Below, in pieces: positions 58,287-64,000 of a stretch of DNA of 64,000 bases. The stretch is from assembly GCF_009914755.1 (NCBI RefSeq), contig NC_060926.1; one strand, given 5' to 3'. The notes beneath the pieces are model-generated. The model searched no databases. It saw only the letters and a list, made by a program, of their open reading frames with translations, and was not told the DNA's origin. Numbering within the stretch: the first letter of the stretch is position 1; each line of letters begins with the position of its first letter. This stretch comes from the human T2T-CHM13v2.0 reference genome, Homo sapiens. Both the position numbers and the translations under genes were made by a program.

Positions 58287-59175
58287 CTGTGAGGAAGGAA
58301 AACAGAAGCTGAGAGGCTGTTCATGGTCAGGGAATGAAAGTTCTTTCAGTAGGTGCTGTATTCAACAGAGGTAGTGAGGAGGATCTCCATTCTGGTCTTA
58401 GGTAACTGGTGTTTCATTAGGCTTCCCTCCCTCTCTCCCTTTTGTCTCACCTTCCTTCCTCCTTCCAGGATAAAAAGATGATTTTTTTAGGAAGACTTTT
58501 TCATTTATTTGCATGCTCAAAAATGAGATGTTGTAACTAAATAGGTTAACAATGATTGTAGTGAGTGGTAGCTTTCCAATTAGTTCCCTCTCAGGAGGTT
58601 AAAAATCTGCTTAACAATGCTCAAAATATTTTAGAAATACTCCTTTGGGGACAGCTTTTAAAGCCAGTACTGAAGACATACTAGGCAGTACTTATAGTGT
58701 CTATTTGTGGTCTCCAAACACAATAACACAGATTGATGAGTGGCTGTAGACTTCTCACTTTCAACTGGCTTGCTTCCTCTCTCTCAGCTTCATGTTTGGA
58801 GACTTTCTCTAACCTCTGATGCTGGTGTCAGAGAAGACAACCACAACACATCACGTTAGGAGACAGACACCTGGTGAAGCGGCCTGCGGGGCCTTTCTCA
58901 GGATGGCATAACTAACATCCTGATGAAGCCTGCCCCAGGAGACTCCAGTTCTCAGGGATTTGGGATAGTTCTGCTCTGTTCTGGGAGAAGCCAATGCACA
59001 TCAACTATTAGTTTAGAGAGGCAGCTGGTCTCACTTATAATGAAAGACAGGTCTCTGGATCTCTAGTGAGGGTAAAACAAAAGTATTTAAGATTCAAGTC
59101 ATTGCTGTTCTCTTTGGATGAAGAAACCACTGTGTAAGAATAGCAGTCCCATGAGAATTACAGTCATTTGCTTAC

Positions 59176-59224
59176 CTGATTCAGAGACAGATGATCAATG
59201 GAGGAACTGTCTTCTTCATTTTCA
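59176..59224 (-). CDS. IL1A: IL1A exon 3 (ENEEDSSSIDHLSLNQ)
   Basis: 49 nt, cag/gtaagc boundaries. Confidence 0.97.
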
Positions 59225-60183
59225 CTGTCAAAATAAGATGATGAGAATGTAATTGTTGTTATTTCAGTGTGGTCTCTGGCCAATGTACTTTAATGACCAT
59301 GATAGTTGTGGGTCACACACATACACATGGCCATTACTGTCATCTTTGAAATTTAAGGACTTCTACACATACACATAGGTAGAGTAATTCATATCTTACT
59401 AATCTGGAATTAGTAGTCATCAAGACAGGCTTTGAGCTTTACCTGTGCTTTATCTGTAAAAATTGGACTTGGCTAACAAATTGAAGAGCTTTAATTGAAG
59501 TTCAGGGAAGAATGTTAAGCTCCTTTAGAGAAAAGAAAGGTTTTGAAGCACTTCCTTTTTATTTTAACCAAATAGATTATATGTTACACATTACTTTCAT
59601 GTATTCACTAAAACAGATTTCATAATTTATACTTAGTAAAATATCCAGGCAAAATTTTGACAGCCTAGTTTGTGTTAGTATTTACTACAGATAATGGAAA
59701 CATCATGTTAGTTTAATATGTTCCGTAATTTTATCTTTGTGTTCATTTACCTTTCTTCTACATCTGAGTGAGATTTGCCTGCATATGTGAGTTCACATGC
59801 CCAGCTTGCTGTGGAGCCATTTCCTGTTCCTGAATGAGATCAAGTTTTCCTGAGAATGGACCAGTAAAACCCATTCTTATATCAGGGCATGTGATCTCAA
59901 CAGAGGCTGTGTCTAAGTTGATGCTGATATTCATGTAGGGCTCAGCAGACCTCAAAAATAATTTTTCTAAAATGGCGGTCTCCCTGCCAATGTAATCTCA
60001 GTTTAACATGCTGAATGCTTAGTTTTTCTGGGTCTTCTCTGAACCTGCTCTGACTTCAGGACTAGTACACATCTCTACAACCTCTGCCGGCCTGCCCCCA
60101 TGCTGGCCACTGTTATGCCTAGCTGGATTCTGGTGAGCCTTGAAACCCTCATTAAATCACAAGAGATAAATCTTATTCCTTAC

Positions 60184-60230
60184 CTGTAACAGTTCTTCAG
60201 GTCTTCAAACATGTCTGGAACTTTGGCCAT
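60184..60230 (-). CDS. IL1A: IL1A exon 2 coding part (MAKVPDMFEDLKNCYS); exon extends to 60238
   Basis: ATG at 60230; coding exons sum to 816 nt = 271 aa + stop. Confidence 0.98.
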
Positions 60231-60902
60231 CTTGACTTCTGCAACAGAGAACACCAGCCACCATCAGCTCAGCCAGCCTCTAATCCAGATATCTGTGAGG
60301 GGAGCCCCTCCTCTTTGTGCTTCCTGAAAACTTTGTTGAATGACTTAGTCCACATTCAGCATTTTCTCCATCTTCTAGCTCCTTTGAATTAGTTTGCTAT
60401 GTACCTGTCTCCTTTATTAGATCGTAAACTTCTTTTAGAATGTTTTATTTATGTTGGTATTCCTTATGTGCCCAACCTAATGTATTGCCAGAACAGGCAT
60501 TCAATCAATGAAAGTTTGAAGAGGTTACAAAAACACCACAAGAATAAGGTATTTGCCTTACACAGAGGTAAGAGAGAGACAGAGTTGGAAATTTTCAATT
60601 TTCTCCTAATAATTTTGGATAGTAGAGATTCCCTCCCATGAGAAGCCTCAGTTGTATTCACCCATGCCCTCATAGGAAACTAGTTCTGCCGTCCCTCAGT
60701 AAAACGAATCAGTCCTTATCAGCAAAATGAGAGAATCATTTTCTGAAATCTGACTGTAATTCTAGGTCACATACCAAACCAGGGAGGGACAAGAAAAGAA
60801 AGGAGAGACTGTAGCTTTAGAGAAGGCAATGTGAGAGAAAACAGCCAAAGAGAAAAACAACAACAGAAAATACTTTAATAGCCAGAGATGTGAGGACAAT
60901 AC

Positions 60903-60953
60903 CTTTGCTGACTCAAACGCCAATGAAATGACTCCCTCTCTGGCTGGCAGCTT
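60903..60953 (-). other. IL1A: IL1A non-coding exon 1
   Basis: AAG|gtattg donor at 60902; TSS about 60953 inferred from the TATA-like element. Confidence 0.8.
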
Positions 60954-61044
60954 AAGCCTGAGTCAGTCTTCTTCGCCTTTTGTAATTGTCTTAAGTAGGC
61001 GTGGCTACGTGGCTACAAGTGCGTCGTCAAAACGGGGAATTTAC
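60909..61044 (-). promoter_or_regulatory. IL1A: IL1A core promoter: TATA-like TACAAAA (60978-60984), AP-1 sites (60909-60915, 60959-60965), NF-kB-like GGGAATTTAC (61035-61044)
   Basis: Motifs read directly from the sequence around exon 1. Confidence 0.8.
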
Positions 61045-62019
61045 AGGGAAGAATTCAGTTTTGTATTTTTCTATGTTCATTCAACTCGATACTGGCTAAA
61101 ATAGTGAAAGATGGCATAGCTGATATTATTGTTGTTTGCAGATATTCCAGAAGTTATTGATTTGGTTCATTTATTCACCCCTTTGCTTTATAAGATGACA
61201 AACATGTAGTCTTAGAAAAAGGGAAGCGCGGGAAACTTATCAAGTTTCTAGGAGGAAGGGAGAAATCGTGAAATCCGAAGTCAAGGGGCTAGATTTGGAG
61301 AGGAATTTATTAATAATAATAGTTCTAATAGTAGCTGTAGTTGTGTTCTGGCTGAATTTGTTGATTGTGCTCCAGGGTGAATTGGCAGAATACTTGGCAG
61401 CTCCTGGCAACTTTTGAGGGAAAATGAGCCATCTTTTCTGAAGAGGGAAGTTTGCTTGATTAAGGCATAAATCACCTCAGAGTTTGGGGTGACAAGCTCC
61501 TGGTTAGGGCAGGGTAGAGAAGAGAACAGTGGTATTTGAGCACAAAGAAGTCTTGATCCTCTTACTCTTCTGAATATTGTCAACACATTTCCTATAGAGG
61601 GGATGGAGCTTCAGGAGAGAACTCTCCACCCTGGCCCTGTTACAGTAAAGTAGCCCTCTACCAAGGACCAGAGAGAAGCCTGGTCTTCTGTAGGATATGC
61701 CCAAGGTGTGTCTTCTGTAGAAGAAGGTGTGTGCAAGCCCCGGGAGGTATGCGTAAGGCCTCAGCCAGAAGCCAGTGGCTAAGTTTGGGAATGGAGATTG
61801 GGAGAAAGGAAGGCATGGATTTTTACATATGAGCCTTCAATGATGTTGCCTGGTTACTATTATTAAAGAATTTCTCAGCTTTTATAATTCCTGTGGCCAG
61901 CCTAGTTCAGGTGGTAGAACACCAGACTCTTAGCAAATGAATGTTTTGGGTTCCCAGTTGGAGTTTAAGCCATGTATATTTTAAATAGAGGAAATGAACT
62001 AGGTGTGATGGCATGCCCC

Positions 62020-62125
62020 TGTAGTCCCAGCTATTCAGGAGGCTGAGGCAGGACAATCACTTGAGGCCCAGAGTTTTAGTCCAGTGTGGGCAACATAGTG
62101 AAGCCCCCATCTCTAAAAAATAATA
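62020..62125 (+). mobile_element. Alu monomer fragment
   Basis: cctgtagtcccagctattcaggaggctgaggcagga...ccccatctctaaaaaa. Confidence 0.8.
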
Positions 62126-64000
62126 AACGCAAAAAAGCATGGATCTGGGAGGAAAACAGCTTGTGTGAGTTGGATAAAGTATTCCCTCTGTTCCTGTTTA
62201 ATTGTAAATAATGGGGTTGGTTAGGTGTCATAAGGTCTATTGCAGGTGCAAAATCTCTTATTCTGATTTAATGCCAGTCTAATTCTCCTGGTCATAGACC
62301 TGGTGCTATAATAGTTATAACAGGAGCCACAGAAATAACCACACTTGGATGTAAGCAATGTAAGTGTAGCACCAGACTAGGGTAGAAGCTTGGGTGTCTA
62401 AGGATGAATCCTGAAGCAACAGTGATGCCAGCCAACTGGCTACATTTCTGCTTACCTTGGTTCCTCTTTAGGCAACACAGAAATGTTAATCCTGATTAAC
62501 CCTCTCCTCCTGAGAATCTTGTGAGGGCTATTGCTAAGGAACAATTGCAAAGCACATTGTGAATGTGAGCTGCTATGGAGATGCAACTAAACAAAAATAA
62601 TGACAATGCTAATGATGGCTTCAGTCACTCAAGAACCTGTATAGTCATCATTATAATGCCTCAGTTCACCAAAGAAAATATAGTTCTTATGAAAATACTG
62701 GCTTGAAAGCTTCAACAGGGATAACATTTTCAGGTGAAGGCCACCATTGAAAGCCTGAAGATATTTAGCTTCTGGGAGCAATGCATACCATCTCTTTGGT
62801 AATCCAGGAAAAAAACCCTGGTTCCACCAACATAGGCAATACCTATCCTGGTCCCATCCTCACTCCTCTGTTGTAAATAATTCCCCAAAGGTGGTTGTTG
62901 AATTTTTCAAAGAGAACTTGGTTGAGAAACAGCTAACTTGGGTTAGAATATCACCCAACCTTTTCCTTCACATGATCTTCTTGTAAATTGATTTTTAAAG
63001 GAAAACTAGGGTGGGTGAGGTTCAGAGAGAGGTGGGTCCTTGCATTGTTTTGGGGAGCCCGCTTTTCTGGGACTGTGAACAACAGTCACCTCTTCTAGGG
63101 AAGGGACAGTGGAACGTACTGGGCAGGGCTCTACTGGGTAGATAGTGGAACATACTGGGCAGGCCTGTGGTGTGTGCGTTGGGAGCCATCCTGTGACAGG
63201 GACTTTGGGTGGCTTCAGGCATCCACCTCTCGACTCTGAGGAGGCCTCAGGAAACCCTTAATGAGTCACTGTCATCTAAATCATTTAGGAAAAAAAAATT
63301 ATTGTGCACTTATCCTGTGCCATGGGTTTTGCTAGGAATCAGCAGTTTTCCCCCATGATCCACAAAATCAGATATGCAAGGTGAGATGATCTATGTTGGT
63401 GGGTGACTGGATATGTTTTATAAGATTGGAGCTTGTGGGTCCAAAGAATCACTGTGATGCGTTTCATGTGACAATTGTTTTATAGTTTACCTGCACTATC
63501 TCACTGCCTCCTCACTGCACCTACAAGAATTAGCTGATACTATCCTCTTTCACAGCTGAGGACCCTTGAAGAGGTTAAGTGACCAACCCAAGATCACAAG
63601 ACTGATGAAACCAGTGCTTGAACTCAAGCTTCTGATTCCGAGTCCAATCTTCTCTTTCCACTGCATAAAGATACTCGAGTCTCTTATCACCACCAACACC
63701 AAGTGATGACTTATAAAGATCATCCTTAGGGTCTTTCCCCCTCAAACGTGCTATCATTCAGTAACTCTAGGATCCTTGTTAAAAAAAAAAAAAAAACGGG
63801 GGTTGCGGAGAAGGGATTGAAATATCTCCTCTCCCTGTCTTCACCTCCTCTGATGAAATCTGATTTTATTCTGTGATATGTAAGACCTGAATGAAGGTGA
63901 CTGAAGTAATTGGGTACATGGTTAGTGGTGGAATCCGGATGTGAACCTGAGTCATGGTCTTGCCATTGTTCCTTGAAGACAGGAAATATTTGTAAATATA

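Overview
This is eukaryotic, intron-containing DNA, recognisable as the human 2q14 NT5DC4-CKAP2L-IL1A locus. It holds the 3' part of NT5DC4 (+ strand, cN-II/NT5C2-like HAD 5'-nucleotidase), all of CKAP2L (- strand, 9 coding exons, 2238 nt, 745 aa) with its CpG-island CHR/CCAAT promoter, and all of IL1A (- strand, 7 exons, 816 nt CDS, 271 aa) with its promoter, AU-rich 3'UTR and 46-bp intron-6 VNTR. I reconstructed exon boundaries by hand from GT/AG sites and phase. The rest is mostly Alu, L1, LTR, MIR and MER elements plus tandem repeats. I see no new multi-gene system. The most interesting observations are: (1) an NT5DC4 exon with two +1 frameshifts and a possible cryptic splice route around both; (2) NT5DC4 terminal exons taken from the antisense strand of CKAP2L; (3) a hairpin-containing templated insertion copying 26 nt from 4.6 kb away; (4) a tailless tRNA-Lys(CTT) 5'-half retrocopy in IL1A; (5) a tailless half-Alu with intact TSDs; (6) a variant-rich IL1A/CKAP2L haplotype. 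Reference alleles, rsIDs and NT5C2 residue numbers are from memory and need database confirmation. Repeat boundaries are approximate.
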